Shown in pieces: positions 1 to 10,492 of a DNA stretch of 64,000 nucleotides. The DNA comes from Acidobacteriota bacterium. Its GTDB lineage: Bacteria; Acidobacteriota; UBA6911; JACQSX01. The DNA is taken from the NCBI GenBank assembly GCA_036507075.1, contig DASXQR010000152.1, forward strand, positions 64,001-128,000, in the 5' to 3' direction. The notes under the pieces were generated by a model, which saw nothing but the letters and a program-made list of their open reading frames with translations, did not search any database and was not told the DNA's origin. Positions within the stretch are counted from its first letter, which is position 1. Each line of letters opens with the position of its first letter. A program made the translations under genes and the position numbers.

Positions 1-1860
1 GGAGCGCCCACGGATGAGGCTATTTGCGGCGGCATCCCGGTGATGAATCTACCCGGTGGGAATCAGCGGAGAATCGGACGAACTACCTCGGTGCCTCAGT
101 TCCAGACGCCACGATCCTATGACATCCGTGACTCAGTCGCCTGGACACGGGGTGCGCATTCCATCAAGTTCGGCGGCGGATTACTCCATGTGCAAACCGG
201 GATTCGCGACGTCAGCTCGCTGCTTGGAAGTTTCACTTTCAGCGGCCGATTCACCGGTTCCACCACCAACGCCGATTATCAGGCCGGGCTTGCCGATCTG
301 CTGCTTGGCTTTCCCACGCGCTACCAGCAGGACTCCAACACCGTGTTCAACCAGTTCCAGAAAATCTACTCTGCTTTTGTTCAGGACGACTGGAAGGCCG
401 GCTCCAAACTGACGCTCAACTATGGATTGCGCTACGAATTCGCCACTCCGCCGCGCGAGAGGGACCATCAGGCGGCAAACTTCGATTTCAAAAACCAGGC
501 ATTCACCCAGTCACGCAGCGGCAGCATTTTTGAAGAAGCGCTGATTCACCCCGACAAGAATAATTTCGGACCGAGGATCGGGTTTGCGTATTCAATGATG
601 GATCGTGTGGTCCTGCGCGGCGCTTACGGCGTGTTCTATAACCACACCAGTCGCACCGGAAGAGAGGGCATGCTGGGATTCAATCCTCCGTTCATCGTAC
701 TGGCGGATTCTCAAATCGGCGGCAGTAATGTCCTTAAGTCCACAAACGCGATTTTCCGTCTGCAGGATGGAATACCCGCCGGTTTTGTCGATCTAAAGCA
801 GGTAAACCTGACTACTGTAGCCCGCAAGGCGCAGGACATTAACCAGCGGACCACTTACGTTCAACAATGGAACTTCGGAATACAGCACGAATTGATCAAA
901 GACCTGCTGCTGGATGTCGCTTACGTCGGCAACAAGGGAACCAAGCTGGCTGCTTTTCGAAACCTGAACCAGCGGTTCGTGGTCTTCAACCCAACCACCG
1001 GCGCGCCGTCGGCAGGAGCCAGACCTCTGGCGGGAGTAGGCCTGAACGGAAATATCCAGTTTCTCGAGAATCTCGGGATCTCCAACTATCACTCACTCCA
1101 GACACGCCTCGAGAAGCGCTTTTCCAGGGGTTTGTCCGGCCTGGTTTCGTACACCTGGGGAAAGGCCCTTACCAATTCCGTGGATCACCTCTCTACCAGC
1201 GGCGTCGGGAATGGAACTGATGTGGGCGTGTTTCGCGAGCCACAGAATGGGTTGGATCGCAGAAATGAGTATGGGCTGGCCGAGTTTGACGTTAAACACC
1301 GGTTTGTCGGATCGGCGGTGTGGGAGATTCCCTTCGGACGCGGGCGGGCGTTCGGGTCGGATGCAAGCGGCGCGCTGGATCTCCTGTTGGGAGGATGGCA
1401 GCTTTCCCCCATCGTAACGGCGCAAAGCGGACTGGGGCTGACAGTGCTTCAGAGCCAGGTCCTGGACCTGGGGGATGAGCGGCGCAACCGGCCGAATCGC
1501 CTCGCCAATGGAACGCTTCCCTCCAGCCAGCGGACAGTGGATCGCTGGTTTGACACCAGCGCTTTCAAGGCTCTGCAGATCGATCCAACCCGCGATGGGT
1601 TCGTGGCCAACCAGGCTTTCGGGAATGCCGGAGTGGGTATTATGCGAGGGCCCAACCTTGTCAACGTTGATTTCAACTTAAGCAAGACGTTTCGCGTCAG
1701 CGAGGGCCAGTCGGTTCAATTTCGATCCGAGTTTTTCAATGCATTGAATCACACCAACCTGGGTGTGCCGGGAATAACCATGGGCGGAGGCTTCGGCGTA
1801 ATCTCCAGCACGTCGACTGAGGCGAGGATTATTCAGTTTGCTTTGAAGTACCGCTTCTGA
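1..1860 (+). CDS. TonB-dependent receptor (Oar-like), 3' part, truncated at window start
   Basis: Frame is open from base 1. Motifs FVQDDWK, LNYGLRYE, NNFGPRIGFAY, FRSEFFNALNH and C-terminal RIIQFALKYRF are typical of this beta-barrel family. Confidence 0.9.
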   Translation, partial: GAPTDEAICGGIPVMNLPGGNQRRIGRTTSVPQFQTPRSYDIRDSVAWTRGAHSIKFGGGLLHVQTGIRDVSSLLGSFTFSGRFTGSTTNADYQAGLADLLLGFPTRYQQDSNTVFNQFQKIYSAFVQDDWKAGSKLTLNYGLRYEFATPPRERDHQAANFDFKNQAFTQSRSGSIFEEALIHPDKNNFGPRIGFAYSMMDRVVLRGAYGVFYNHTSRTGREGMLGFNPPFIVLADSQIGGSNVLKSTNAIFRLQDGIPAGFVDLKQVNLTTVARKAQDINQRTTYVQQWNFGIQHELIKDLLLDVAYVGNKGTKLAAFRNLNQRFVVFNPTTGAPSAGARPLAGVGLNGNIQFLENLGISNYHSLQTRLEKRFSRGLSGLVSYTWGKALTNSVDHLSTSGVGNGTDVGVFREPQNGLDRRNEYGLAEFDVKHRFVGSAVWEIPFGRGRAFGSDASGALDLLLGGWQLSPIVTAQSGLGLTVLQSQVLDLGDERRNRPNRLANGTLPSSQRTVDRWFDTSAFKALQIDPTRDGFVANQAFGNAGVGIMRGPNLVNVDFNLSKTFRVSEGQSVQFRSEFFNALNHTNLGVPGITMGGGFGVISSTSTEARIIQFALKYRF

Positions 1861-1861
1861 A

Positions 1862-1970
1862 AGGCCGGAAGGCGGAAAGCGGAAGGCAGAAAGCAGAAGG
1901 CAAAATTTCCTGGTGCCTTGGTGTCTTGGTGGCAAAAAAACGATCAACCACCAAGGCACTAAGACACCAA
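1862..1970. repeat. 7-bp tandem repeat (GGCGGAA/GGCAGAA) followed by TTGGTGTCTTGGTGG...CCACCAAGGCACTAAG inverted repeat
   Basis: Read directly; lies between convergent genes. Confidence 0.8.
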
Positions 1971-1995
1971 AAGGATTCCGCCGCTCGACTTGGCC

Positions 1996-4521
1996 CTACG
2001 CCCTCGATATGCAAAGAAGTGGCAGCGATTCCCATCGTCTTCGTTCTTCCAGCGCCGGCGGGATGATCAATGTCTGCGGCTTGGTGCTGTTGTCCGGCTT
2101 CTTCTTGAGGATTTTTTCCTGCCGCCTTTGCTCCTCTTGAATCTCTTTGCGCGTGCGTTCGTCGATTCTCTTGTCTTCTTCCGTTTCTTTCTCTTTGACG
2201 AAGCTGTAGGCGCGCTTCAAGGCGCGGCGGAATTCATCGCTCACGCTGTCTGCCTGAGGCACGGAGCCGATCACGTGCGGCGTAATCAGTATCACCAGCT
2301 CGGTGCGCCGGGTGTTGCGATTAGTTGAGCCAAAAAGCGCGCCCACAACCGGCAGGTCACCCAGCAGCGGGACGCGTGTGCGTGACAGGTTGTAGCTGTC
2401 GCTGATAATCCCGCCGATAGCAAGGGTGTGCCCGTCTCTGACGATCAGCGACGTCTGAATGTAGTTTCGACTGATCGTAGGCGTGAGGCCTCCGCCGGTG
2501 GGAGTGCTGATTTCAATCGCCAGATCCATTGTCACCATACCCGAAGCGCTGATCCGCGGATTCAGTATCAGGCTGGTACCGGTTTGACGAAACTGGATCT
2601 GATTCAGAAATGCGCCCGCGCTTCCGGTTTGAATCGGATCTCCAAACGAAGAGGTGGTCACGGGAACGTCGGCCCCGATGTTGATGGATGCTTCCTGCCC
2701 GTCGATAGCCAGTACTCTGGGGGCTTCGAGAACCTTGACATTGGTCTTGGTTCGCAGCGCGTTCAATTTGGCTTCGATTTCTCTGGAGTCCCCGATGATG
2801 AACCGCGTGGCCGCCGCCAGGGTCCCGGTAGTGCTGACAGACGCGGTGCTGGCAAGAGCCTGCTGGCGCGCTTCCAGAAAAGCGGCAATTCCAAAAGTCA
2901 GGTCATCGCGAAGCTCCACCGAGTAAACTTTGGCCTCGATCAGGACCTGGCGCGGCATCACATCGAGCTGTTTGATGGTCCGTTCAATATATTGATAATC
3001 GGCTTCGGTGGCCTGGATGATCAGCGAATTATTAAATTCGTTGACGATGATCTTGATGTTCCCGCCAAGGAGAGATCCGGTCCCCGCCTGGGACCGCTCG
3101 GAGATGGGACGCCCTTCAATACTGGGTCCCAGCCCTCCTCCGCGTATGTTCCTCCTTGGTCCCATGCTTTCCTGCGGCCGGATCGACTGGCGCTGCTGTG
3201 GCTGTGCCTGCTGCTGCTGGGTGGCCAACTGGCCTTCCGCCGTGGCGGCCGACGGCAGACCGGAACCGTCGCTGTAAAGCTGCGAGAGGATTTCCGCAAT
3301 GTTGCCCGCCGTGGAGTTTTCCACCTGGTAGACAAAGGTCTGCAGGTTCATCCCTCCCGAAGCCGAGTCAAGCTTCTCGATCCACTTGCGCACTTCGTCC
3401 ATGCTCCCCTTGGAGTGCGCCACCACCAGGATCGAATTCAAGCGTTCGATGGGAATGAAGTTGATCCCGCTGGACTCCCCGCCGCCGGCGAAAACCTTGG
3501 CAAGATCGGCGGCCACGTCGGGGGCACGATTGAAGCGAATCGGTATCAGCTCGGTGGTGTTGATGTCAAAGAACCGCGTGTCCAGTATGTCGATCAGTTG
3601 CTTTGCTTTTTCAATGTTCTTCCGGAAATCGGTGAGGATGAGAAGGTTTTTGGAGTCATACTGCAGCACAATCGACCCGCCCGACATGAATGGCTGCAGC
3701 AGAGTGACCATGTCCCCGACGGGAATAAACTGAAGCGGAATGATCTCGGTAATCATTCCTTTCTCATCCGACGTTCCCGGCCCGGAAATCGAGATCACCC
3801 GCGGGGCTGTTTCCGCTCCCGGCGGCGGCGCGCCGGCTGCGGCCTGGGTTCCGGCCGGAGGCGCGGGGCCGGGGGCCGCAGGCTTAATCACCTCGGTCTT
3901 GGTTTTCAAATCCAGCAGAATCTGGTGCGGAATTCTGATCGCTTCGGCGATCGGCACAATCAGATAGATTTCGTCCGCCTGGACGATGGCCGCGTTATTC
4001 AATTTGAGGATCATTTCGAGAGTGGCGAAGATATCCTCACGTTTGATCGGCTTTGTGGTCAGCAGGTTGACCGTGCCGTTGACCGCCGGGTCGATCATGT
4101 AGCTGAAGCCCAGCTCTCTCATCAGCGTTTCGATGACCGTGACCAGAGGCACGTTGGAAAACTGCAGCACGATTCCCTGACCTGTTGACTGCACCTGAGT
4201 AACCACCGGACCCGCGGGCTGCTGCTGCGTCGGGCGCCCGGGCTGTTGGGCGCCGGGCTGAACCTGGATCTGCTCGGGCTCGACCGCTGTGGGAGTAGAA
4301 GGTGTCGAGGGACGGTTGATCCCGCCAATGATGGTCTCCAGACCGCCCAACGGCGTTCGCTGCTGCTGTGCCGGCGCGGCCTGGACCGGTGAGGGCACGA
4401 TGACATTCCTGCGAGTCGTGGTTCTCTGCTGCAAGGCCAGCATCTCGGGCAACACCGCTCCCTGAAGGCTGCAGGCAGAGCAGAAGACTATCAGCACGCT
4501 AAACCAATTACGCCGTTTCAT
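1996..4521 (-). CDS. gspD: Type II secretion secretin GspD
   Basis: Signal peptide, N domains, QVLIEAKV, APRVLAIDGQEASINIG, VPLLGDLPVVGALFG, RTELVILITPHVI. Confidence 0.92.
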   Translation of the reverse strand: MKRRNWFSVLIVFCSACSLQGAVLPEMLALQQRTTTRRNVIVPSPVQAAPAQQQRTPLGGLETIIGGINRPSTPSTPTAVEPEQIQVQPGAQQPGRPTQQQPAGPVVTQVQSTGQGIVLQFSNVPLVTVIETLMRELGFSYMIDPAVNGTVNLLTTKPIKREDIFATLEMILKLNNAAIVQADEIYLIVPIAEAIRIPHQILLDLKTKTEVIKPAAPGPAPPAGTQAAAGAPPPGAETAPRVISISGPGTSDEKGMITEIIPLQFIPVGDMVTLLQPFMSGGSIVLQYDSKNLLILTDFRKNIEKAKQLIDILDTRFFDINTTELIPIRFNRAPDVAADLAKVFAGGGESSGINFIPIERLNSILVVAHSKGSMDEVRKWIEKLDSASGGMNLQTFVYQVENSTAGNIAEILSQLYSDGSGLPSAATAEGQLATQQQQAQPQQRQSIRPQESMGPRRNIRGGGLGPSIEGRPISERSQAGTGSLLGGNIKIIVNEFNNSLIIQATEADYQYIERTIKQLDVMPRQVLIEAKVYSVELRDDLTFGIAAFLEARQQALASTASVSTTGTLAAATRFIIGDSREIEAKLNALRTKTNVKVLEAPRVLAIDGQEASINIGADVPVTTSSFGDPIQTGSAGAFLNQIQFRQTGTSLILNPRISASGMVTMDLAIEISTPTGGGLTPTISRNYIQTSLIVRDGHTLAIGGIISDSYNLSRTRVPLLGDLPVVGALFGSTNRNTRRTELVILITPHVIGSVPQADSVSDEFRRALKRAYSFVKEKETEEDKRIDERTRKEIQEEQRRQEKILKKKPDNSTKPQTLIIPPALEERRRWESLPLLCISRA

Positions 4522-4536
4522 CTTTTCTCCGTGAGT

Positions 4537-5409
4537 TTACTGGTTGCGTCGCTGCGGCCGGGGAATTCGACCGAACGGTGTGTCCAAGTAACCCGCATTA
4601 GGTTGTGGACTCTGGTTTGTGATGCCCTGGTTTGGATAAATACCCTGCTGGCCGACCTGCGAATTGCTTCCGCGCGCCATTCCAGGCCGGGCGGCGCCAC
4701 TGGCATTGCCAAGCTGCGGAGCCACACCTGCGCCCGCCGGACCGGCCCCGCTTCCCACAGTTGAGACCTGAATTGAAGGCCCCGCAGGCGCTCCGGTTGC
4801 AGAGGAAGGCGGAAGAGAGGCCGGCGCGCCACCCTTCTTGCTTGATCCAACCTTGATGACGGTGGCCGCCAGGCGTCCAACCACCGGACCGCGAACTGAT
4901 GCCGCACGCTCGTTAATGCTGATATTGTGCGTCATTTCCCCCCAGGTAAAAACCATCCCGTCATTGCGGATCTCGGTAACGCGCCCAAAACCCATGATGG
5001 CGTCACCCACCTGGAATGTCTTGATCTGCTGTCCCGGCTCCTGGACATAGGCCACTCTCTTGTCTCCGATCAGTGAAACACCTGTCATTATCGGCGTGCC
5101 CTGCATCGGCGGAATCTTGGGCGTATTATCCGCAACAGGCTCGGGCGGCTCGATTTCGCGGCGATTCGGTGAAAACAAATTCTTCTCGAACAGCACGTTG
5201 TAATTGCCGGCCGGCTGAAGATGATATGAAGACTGAGTCGCCGGCAAGGAGTTTGTTGTCGCGCCCTTCGCGGGAGGCGCCTTGTTGACCCGGATTCTGG
5301 CAACGTTGTTCTGAGTTTCGTAGGATTGCCACTCCGTGAAGACCGCGTTACCTACGAACAGCACCGCCACCAGCAAAACGAGGTTGATCAACATAAGCTT
5401 TCGTCTCAT
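4537..5409 (-). CDS. GspC-like inner-membrane protein
   Basis: N-terminal TM, KNLFSPNRR motif, low-complexity tail, position directly before gspD. Confidence 0.6.
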   Translation of the reverse strand: MRRKLMLINLVLLVAVLFVGNAVFTEWQSYETQNNVARIRVNKAPPAKGATTNSLPATQSSYHLQPAGNYNVLFEKNLFSPNRREIEPPEPVADNTPKIPPMQGTPIMTGVSLIGDKRVAYVQEPGQQIKTFQVGDAIMGFGRVTEIRNDGMVFTWGEMTHNISINERAASVRGPVVGRLAATVIKVGSSKKGGAPASLPPSSATGAPAGPSIQVSTVGSGAGPAGAGVAPQLGNASGAARPGMARGSNSQVGQQGIYPNQGITNQSPQPNAGYLDTPFGRIPRPQRRNQ

Positions 5410-5415
5410 GACCTG

Positions 5416-5970
5416 CTATCCTTTTCGGACCAGTGCAGCCAGCGTGATTCGAGGCTGCAATACCACCTGATTGCGATTCATATAACTGTTGACAGACAAC
5501 TGTCGAATTTCCAGAAAGTAGGGATTGCTCGCCAGCGCATACATGAAACGCGTCAACGGTCCGATGTCGGCGTTCACGTTAAAATCGATGGAAATCTTGC
5601 TGTAGCCGCTCTTGAGTTTTTCCTCGGGAAGAATATTGGTGCGCGTGATGGTCACACCGTTCGCCTGCGCATATTGATTCAGCGTGTCGCGCAGTTTGGC
5701 TTCCGCTTCGCCGGAATCATTCACCAGCAGGAACAAAGACTGGAGCTGGCGCTTGCGTGCCTGCAGCGTTTTGAGCTCTTTGACGTAGTCGTCGCGGCGC
5801 TGCAGGTAGGTCTGGTAGTTCCGAATTTTGCCTTTTTTCTGTTGAATCTGGTCCACCAGGTCCTTTTTGGAATCCATGAACGGCAATACCACCCAACCCA
5901 CCAGCACAATTGCCGCCGCGCCGATCAATCCCACCGATAGAACGATGCGTTCCCGCTTATTGATTTTCAC
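5416..5970 (-). CDS. gspM: T2SS GspM/PilO-like protein
   Basis: KINKRERIVL followed by a TM and coiled coil; operon position. Confidence 0.75.
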   Translation of the reverse strand: MKINKRERIVLSVGLIGAAAIVLVGWVVLPFMDSKKDLVDQIQQKKGKIRNYQTYLQRRDDYVKELKTLQARKRQLQSLFLLVNDSGEAEAKLRDTLNQYAQANGVTITRTNILPEEKLKSGYSKISIDFNVNADIGPLTRFMYALASNPYFLEIRQLSVNSYMNRNQVVLQPRITLAALVRKG

Positions 5971-7361
5971 TGCTTGATCTCCGCCACAAAATTGAAGCGC
6001 TCTTTCTTCACACGCTGGTCGTAGGTGGTGTATTTGTTTTCCACCTTCTGCAGATGTCCCGATCGCAGCAGGACATTCTGAATGGCGGTGGGGTTGCTCG
6101 AGTAGCCGGTAATATCCACTCTCCTGGATTGCGAGTCGATGGTCATCATTTGCAAATAGGCTTCCTGCGGCAGCTTGTCCGTCAATTCCTTCATCACTTC
6201 CAGAGTGACGCTTCTCCCCCGCGTCAGTTCTTCCAGATACCCGATATCGACCCGGGTTGCGTCGATATCCTTCTGCATCTTCTTGAGCTCTTCGATTTTC
6301 GGTTCCAGAGAATGGATCCTGTCGTCCAGTTGATTAACGAACTCCTGCCCCTGGAAATAATCTCTCATGAAGTAAGCCGCCACTCCCGCGATCACCAGCA
6401 GCGCCAGAATGATCGTCGGGACATACACAATCTTCCTGGTAACCCGGCGCCGGGACGGCGGAACGAGATTGAGCGCAATCGGCGATTTCTTTGCGCGAAA
6501 CGAAGACAGCGCCAGTCCCACCGAATTGCTCAATTTGGCGGGATCTCGCAACTGCAGCTTTCCCTTCAGGGCATCCGCCAGAAGCTCGGTTTCCTTGAAG
6601 CGCTGTTTAAACTCGTGATACAGCCGGCCGGCATGCGTGCCGGAAAAATAAAACCGGTCGATCGTCCCATCGTCTACTTTGATCTGGGAGAGCAGTTGCT
6701 GCAACTGATCCAGCAAATGATCGACGGTGCTGCTTTCGCTGCTTACGGTCAGCTCGCGCGAAAAGATATTCTCTTTCCCCTGCAGAACCACCATTTCCGA
6801 AGCGGCATCATTGATGTCAAAAACCACTACCAGATCCTTGCCGGCAAGCAGATCCTTCTTCAGCGAAACCAGATTAAAGATCGCCGATGTGCTCATCTCA
6901 ACGCGACTGGGAGGCAGCTTGTTGGCCCAGAGGCGATCAATATAGGGATCCAGCCATCCCTTTCGCACCATGGCCACCTGCAGCAGCAGTTTCTTCCGCT
7001 CCAGGTCCTGCTTCAAGATCACATGGTCAAAGTAAGATGCTCCTTCTTCGCTGGGCAGGTAATATTCGACTTGATACTTGACCAACTGTTCGAGATTTTC
7101 GGCCGCTTCCAGCGGCAGTTCCAGTTGGCGCAGGATGACCTGATTGCGCGGCAGTCCAAGAATGATGTTCTCGCGATTGAATCCGTTGTGCTTGCGGATG
7201 TTCTGGATCTTCTGCCGCAGTTCCACTTTGTCGAGCTGGAGGAAGTTTTCAATCACCTGCGTGCTGCTTGCGGCAAATCCACTGAGGCGCTTCTTGACCA
7301 CAGTGAAGACCACATCATCTCCGCGGATTTCGATTCCCAGGCTCGAGTTCACGCTAAGCAT
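5967..7361 (-). CDS. gspL: T2SS GspL-like (PilM/PilN fusion type) protein
   Basis: LGIEI actin-like N-terminus, LNLVP motif before a TM, PilN-like C-terminus. Confidence 0.75.
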   Translation of the reverse strand: MLSVNSSLGIEIRGDDVVFTVVKKRLSGFAASSTQVIENFLQLDKVELRQKIQNIRKHNGFNRENIILGLPRNQVILRQLELPLEAAENLEQLVKYQVEYYLPSEEGASYFDHVILKQDLERKKLLLQVAMVRKGWLDPYIDRLWANKLPPSRVEMSTSAIFNLVSLKKDLLAGKDLVVVFDINDAASEMVVLQGKENIFSRELTVSSESSTVDHLLDQLQQLLSQIKVDDGTIDRFYFSGTHAGRLYHEFKQRFKETELLADALKGKLQLRDPAKLSNSVGLALSSFRAKKSPIALNLVPPSRRRVTRKIVYVPTIILALLVIAGVAAYFMRDYFQGQEFVNQLDDRIHSLEPKIEELKKMQKDIDATRVDIGYLEELTRGRSVTLEVMKELTDKLPQEAYLQMMTIDSQSRRVDITGYSSNPTAIQNVLLRSGHLQKVENKYTTYDQRVKKERFNFVAEIKQ

Positions 7362-8524
7362 TAGAGTTCCAGGTTATTCTCGTTCCAGTAATAAATTCTG
7401 TATCCGGTGGCACTGATGTTGTCGGAACCAAACGTGCAGCGGATCAGCGAAGCGATGCGTTTTCCGTTGAGCCGGGCCGTGATCTTCAACGAAAACACGT
7501 TGCTGGGGCTCAGAGTCAGGAAACTCATCACGTTCGGATCTGCCTGAAATCCCAATTGTTCACCGAGCTGTCCGGCTGCCGACAGCTTCATTTCACCCCG
7601 GCGGGCGACGATCTGCCGGGCCCGCTCGGGATCCATTCCCGGTATAGATGCAAGAACCTCAAATGGGGCTGACTTTATGTTGATTTGATTCCTAAATGTA
7701 TAAGTCGTCAAAAAGTTGACCAATCCACCACGAATCATTTCCTTCCCCGATTCATCCTTAAACTTCTGACCGTAAAAGATTTCCGGCGTCACTCCTTTGA
7801 CCAGCAACAGCTCCTGGATATTGTCAAAGAGGCCGTCCTTGCAATGGTACGGCTCGGGCAAAGACATGTAATAGTCGTCCTCGGCCCCTAGAGGCAGGGG
7901 GTCTTTGTCGGGATCCCGCCAGTCGCCAATGGCGTCGGTAATGGCCAAGGCCGTGTCCCGGTTGACCCCGAGCTGTGCCAGCAGCCCCCGGAGCAAATCC
8001 GGGGGGGCAAGATTCAGGTTGATCTTGCCGGTTTCATCCGTGATTTCAACGTCGGCTTGCCCTCCGGCCATGGCAAAGGTCAAATGGCCGCTGTCCAGCT
8101 CCTCGTCTATGTCCTGTTGCGCGCCTGCAGCCAGGGTCGCCACCCCCTGAGTTTTCAACGCCTGAATCAGGGCGCGATTGATCGTGTAATAAGCCGCCGA
8201 GCGCGCGATGTAATAGGACTGCTTCAACTCGACCTCGTTGACGGTGGCCTTCACTTCCATACGCACCGACCGGCTGAAAGAGAGCGCGATCAGCGAAAGG
8301 GCCACCAGCACCCAGGAAAGCAGCACCATCAGCGAGCCGCGCTCTTTCAAATGCGGAATGGGGAATGCGGAATGCGGAATGCATTCTGAATGCGGAATGG
8401 TGTCTTGGTGTCTTGGCGGTTGATAGTTTTTTAACCACCAAGACACCAAGGCACCAAGAATTCTCCCATTCCGCATTCCGCATTCCCCATTCCGCATTCG
8501 GAAAGCGTTCCGCATTCGACTCAC
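7361..8524 (-). CDS. gspK: Minor pseudopilin GspK; leader extended by in-frame repeats
   Basis: KERG-SLMVLL cleavage site, DETGKINLN, DWRDPD, ELLLVKGVTPE. GTG start overlaps the gspJ stop. Confidence 0.88.
   Translation of the reverse strand: MSRMRNAFRMRNGECGMRNGRILGALVSWWLKNYQPPRHQDTIPHSECIPHSAFPIPHLKERGSLMVLLSWVLVALSLIALSFSRSVRMEVKATVNEVELKQSYYIARSAAYYTINRALIQALKTQGVATLAAGAQQDIDEELDSGHLTFAMAGGQADVEITDETGKINLNLAPPDLLRGLLAQLGVNRDTALAITDAIGDWRDPDKDPLPLGAEDDYYMSLPEPYHCKDGLFDNIQELLLVKGVTPEIFYGQKFKDESGKEMIRGGLVNFLTTYTFRNQINIKSAPFEVLASIPGMDPERARQIVARRGEMKLSAAGQLGEQLGFQADPNVMSFLTLSPSNVFSLKITARLNGKRIASLIRCTFGSDNISATGYRIYYWNENNLEL
8351..8518. repeat. Nested inverted repeats: GCGGAAT/ATTCCGC heptamer arms around TGGTGTCTTGG...CCAAGACACCAAG
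   Basis: Read directly, inside the gspK 5' end. Confidence 0.85.
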
Positions 8525-9315
8525 TGTGCGCCTCCGCCGATGATTCCGCGCAGGTTCGGCGGGATGACGCCCCCGGCTCCAAATCCCGGTCCACCGGTGG
8601 TTCCGTCGGCGTTAATCAGACCGACGATTCTCAGTTTCTTCTGATCCTTTTTCAGCATCGTGATGCGCACGGCCAGGGGAAGCTTTCCCACGGTCTCCGC
8701 GTCCCAACTGGTGTGCCAGAAGTACTCGTCTGGTTCCTTGGCCCCGAAATATTCAAACGTGCCGTCTTCCAGGTTTTTGAAAAAGACAGTTCCTTTGACC
8801 TTGTCGCCGACCGTCATTTCCAGGTAGGTCTGCCCGCCGCGGTACTGTTCTTCGGTCTCGACAAATTCCAGGGCGCCCTGCTCGCCCCGGTCAAACGAAT
8901 AGGAGATCATCGACATGCCCGCGTTCTTGCGGAAAAAAAGTGGCGCGAAGCTCGCGAACAGGATGCGCCTGGGCTCTCCTTTGAACAGGGGCGGAATCCG
9001 GAGCCGGGCATTCACCAGGCGCTCAAAAAAGCTGTCGGGGGTTCCCGGCGGGGCGACGCCTTGTTGCTGTTGCTGCTGCTGGCGGATCGGTTCGTAAAAC
9101 TTCCCCTGAGGCCGGACCGGGTAGGTCGAGCCGATCTGCGTCTTTACCAGTCCGATGACTACTTTTTCGCGCTGGGAGTAATCCATGCGCTCCTGGCCGG
9201 TCCGATAAATCTTCAACGACACCTGCAGGGCGGTGAAGATGATCAGCGACAGGACGCCGATCAGCGCCAGCGAGATCACAAGCTCAATGAGGGTAAAGCC
9301 GCGCCTGTCTGTCAT
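8521..9315 (-). CDS. gspJ: Minor pseudopilin GspJ
   Basis: MTDRRG-FTLIELVI prepilin motif, LPLAVRI near the C-terminus, ATGA overlap with gspI. Confidence 0.85.
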   Translation of the reverse strand: MTDRRGFTLIELVISLALIGVLSLIIFTALQVSLKIYRTGQERMDYSQREKVVIGLVKTQIGSTYPVRPQGKFYEPIRQQQQQQQGVAPPGTPDSFFERLVNARLRIPPLFKGEPRRILFASFAPLFFRKNAGMSMISYSFDRGEQGALEFVETEEQYRGGQTYLEMTVGDKVKGTVFFKNLEDGTFEYFGAKEPDEYFWHTSWDAETVGKLPLAVRITMLKKDQKKLRIVGLINADGTTGGPGFGAGGVIPPNLRGIIGGGAQ

Positions 9316-9983
9316 GGAACGATTCCCCGGTAGGGATTGGGCGGCTGGGCGCGGCCGGGGACCGGCTGCGGGGTGCCAAACGGAGTCACTGCCCCAGGCA
9401 GGCCCTGGTTCTGAACCTGGCGCAGGCCAACGGGCTTCAGGCAACTCAAGCGATACAATTTGCCGTTCTTGTCATTTTTGTAAATCACGTCGACGCGCAC
9501 GTTGAGCAGCTTCAGGGGAAAGGGCTGCTGCGGATCCCAGCGGGACATTTCGGGAATCTGGTAATCCTGGACCTCTGCCACCCAGCGGAAATTTTCATCC
9601 AGGTCGTCGTGCCGCGTCATTGGGCCTTTGATGGTTTCATCCGACAGAATCTCGTTCATCACGTTTTCGGCGTGATTCATGGCCTGGCCTGCGAGATCGA
9701 TCTTCCTTACATTCTTGATGGCGCCGGAAAAGAGCTGCAGCGCCAGCGTGATGCCCACGCTGACAACAGCCAGCGCCACGACGATTTCCAACAGGCTGAA
9801 CCCGGAACTGAACCGCCAAGAGCGCCAAGAACGCGAAGCGCATTGATTCATCCTGTCTATTGACTGGGGGGTGTCATTTTCAAAACGACAGCTCGTCGGC
9901 AGCGCCATTTTGTTGGTACTTGCACGATGTGATCTCATTATTCTTTGCGTTCCTGGCGCTCTTGGCGGTTTACTCGTTCTCAT
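9312..9983 (-). CDS. gspI: Minor pseudopilin GspI; long repeat-derived leader, start uncertain
   Basis: SG-FSLLEIVVAL prepilin motif; ATGA overlap with the gspH stop. Confidence 0.82.
   Translation of the reverse strand: MRTSKPPRAPGTQRIMRSHRASTNKMALPTSCRFENDTPQSIDRMNQCASRSWRSWRFSSGFSLLEIVVALAVVSVGITLALQLFSGAIKNVRKIDLAGQAMNHAENVMNEILSDETIKGPMTRHDDLDENFRWVAEVQDYQIPEMSRWDPQQPFPLKLLNVRVDVIYKNDKNGKLYRLSCLKPVGLRQVQNQGLPGAVTPFGTPQPVPGRAQPPNPYRGIVP
9811..9971. repeat. Inverted-repeat element AACCGCCAAGAGCGCCAAGAACGC ... GCGTTCCTGGCGCTCTTGGCGGTT with ~100 bp spacer
   Basis: Read directly, inside the gspI leader region. Confidence 0.85.
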
Positions 9984-10486
9984 CTCTGCTCCCTGGGCAC
10001 GATCAGTCTGGCCGTACCGGTGAGCAGCTCGGTTTTGATCAGCACCTTGCGGCCCCGGTTGTTTTTAAGCCAGACCTCGGCTTCGTCAGCCCGCCCGTTG
10101 GGATAAAAATTGATGAAGAGCACCTGCTCGTGATCGTCGTTTCCCTCGTATTTGACGGCATCGATCTGAATTTCATCGGTCAGTTCGAAATCCCGCACCT
10201 TCTCGTGATAGGCGTCGGCCAGAAAAATCCTGTTTTTGTCCCGCTCCACGGCAACTCGATAAACGCTTTGCTGCCCCACGGCAAGAATACGCGCGCTCCG
10301 GCACAGGGTGGCCAGGTCGCGCCCTTTCGCCTCCAACCGCATCCCGGACAACCCGGTGCGCATGGAAGGCATCACCACAGCCCCGGCAATGCTGACGATC
10401 AGCAGAACCACGATCACCTCGAGCAGCGAAAAGCCACTCGGATTCCGGATTGAAGACTGCGGATTGTGGATTGGCTTTGACAACAT
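9980..10486 (-). CDS. gspH: Minor pseudopilin GspH/FimT family
   Basis: SG-FSLLEVIVVL, FYPNG, ELLTG motifs. Confidence 0.85.
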   Translation of the reverse strand: MLSKPIHNPQSSIRNPSGFSLLEVIVVLLIVSIAGAVVMPSMRTGLSGMRLEAKGRDLATLCRSARILAVGQQSVYRVAVERDKNRIFLADAYHEKVRDFELTDEIQIDAVKYEGNDDHEQVLFINFYPNGRADEAEVWLKNNRGRKVLIKTELLTGTARLIVPREQR

Positions 10487-10492
10487 ACTGTT

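Noticed and set aside
2428..4188. 586-aa plus-strand ORF
   Set aside because: Antisense shadow of gspD, expected in high-GC coding DNA.
6054..7364. 436-aa plus-strand ORF
   Set aside because: Antisense shadow of the gspL-like gene.
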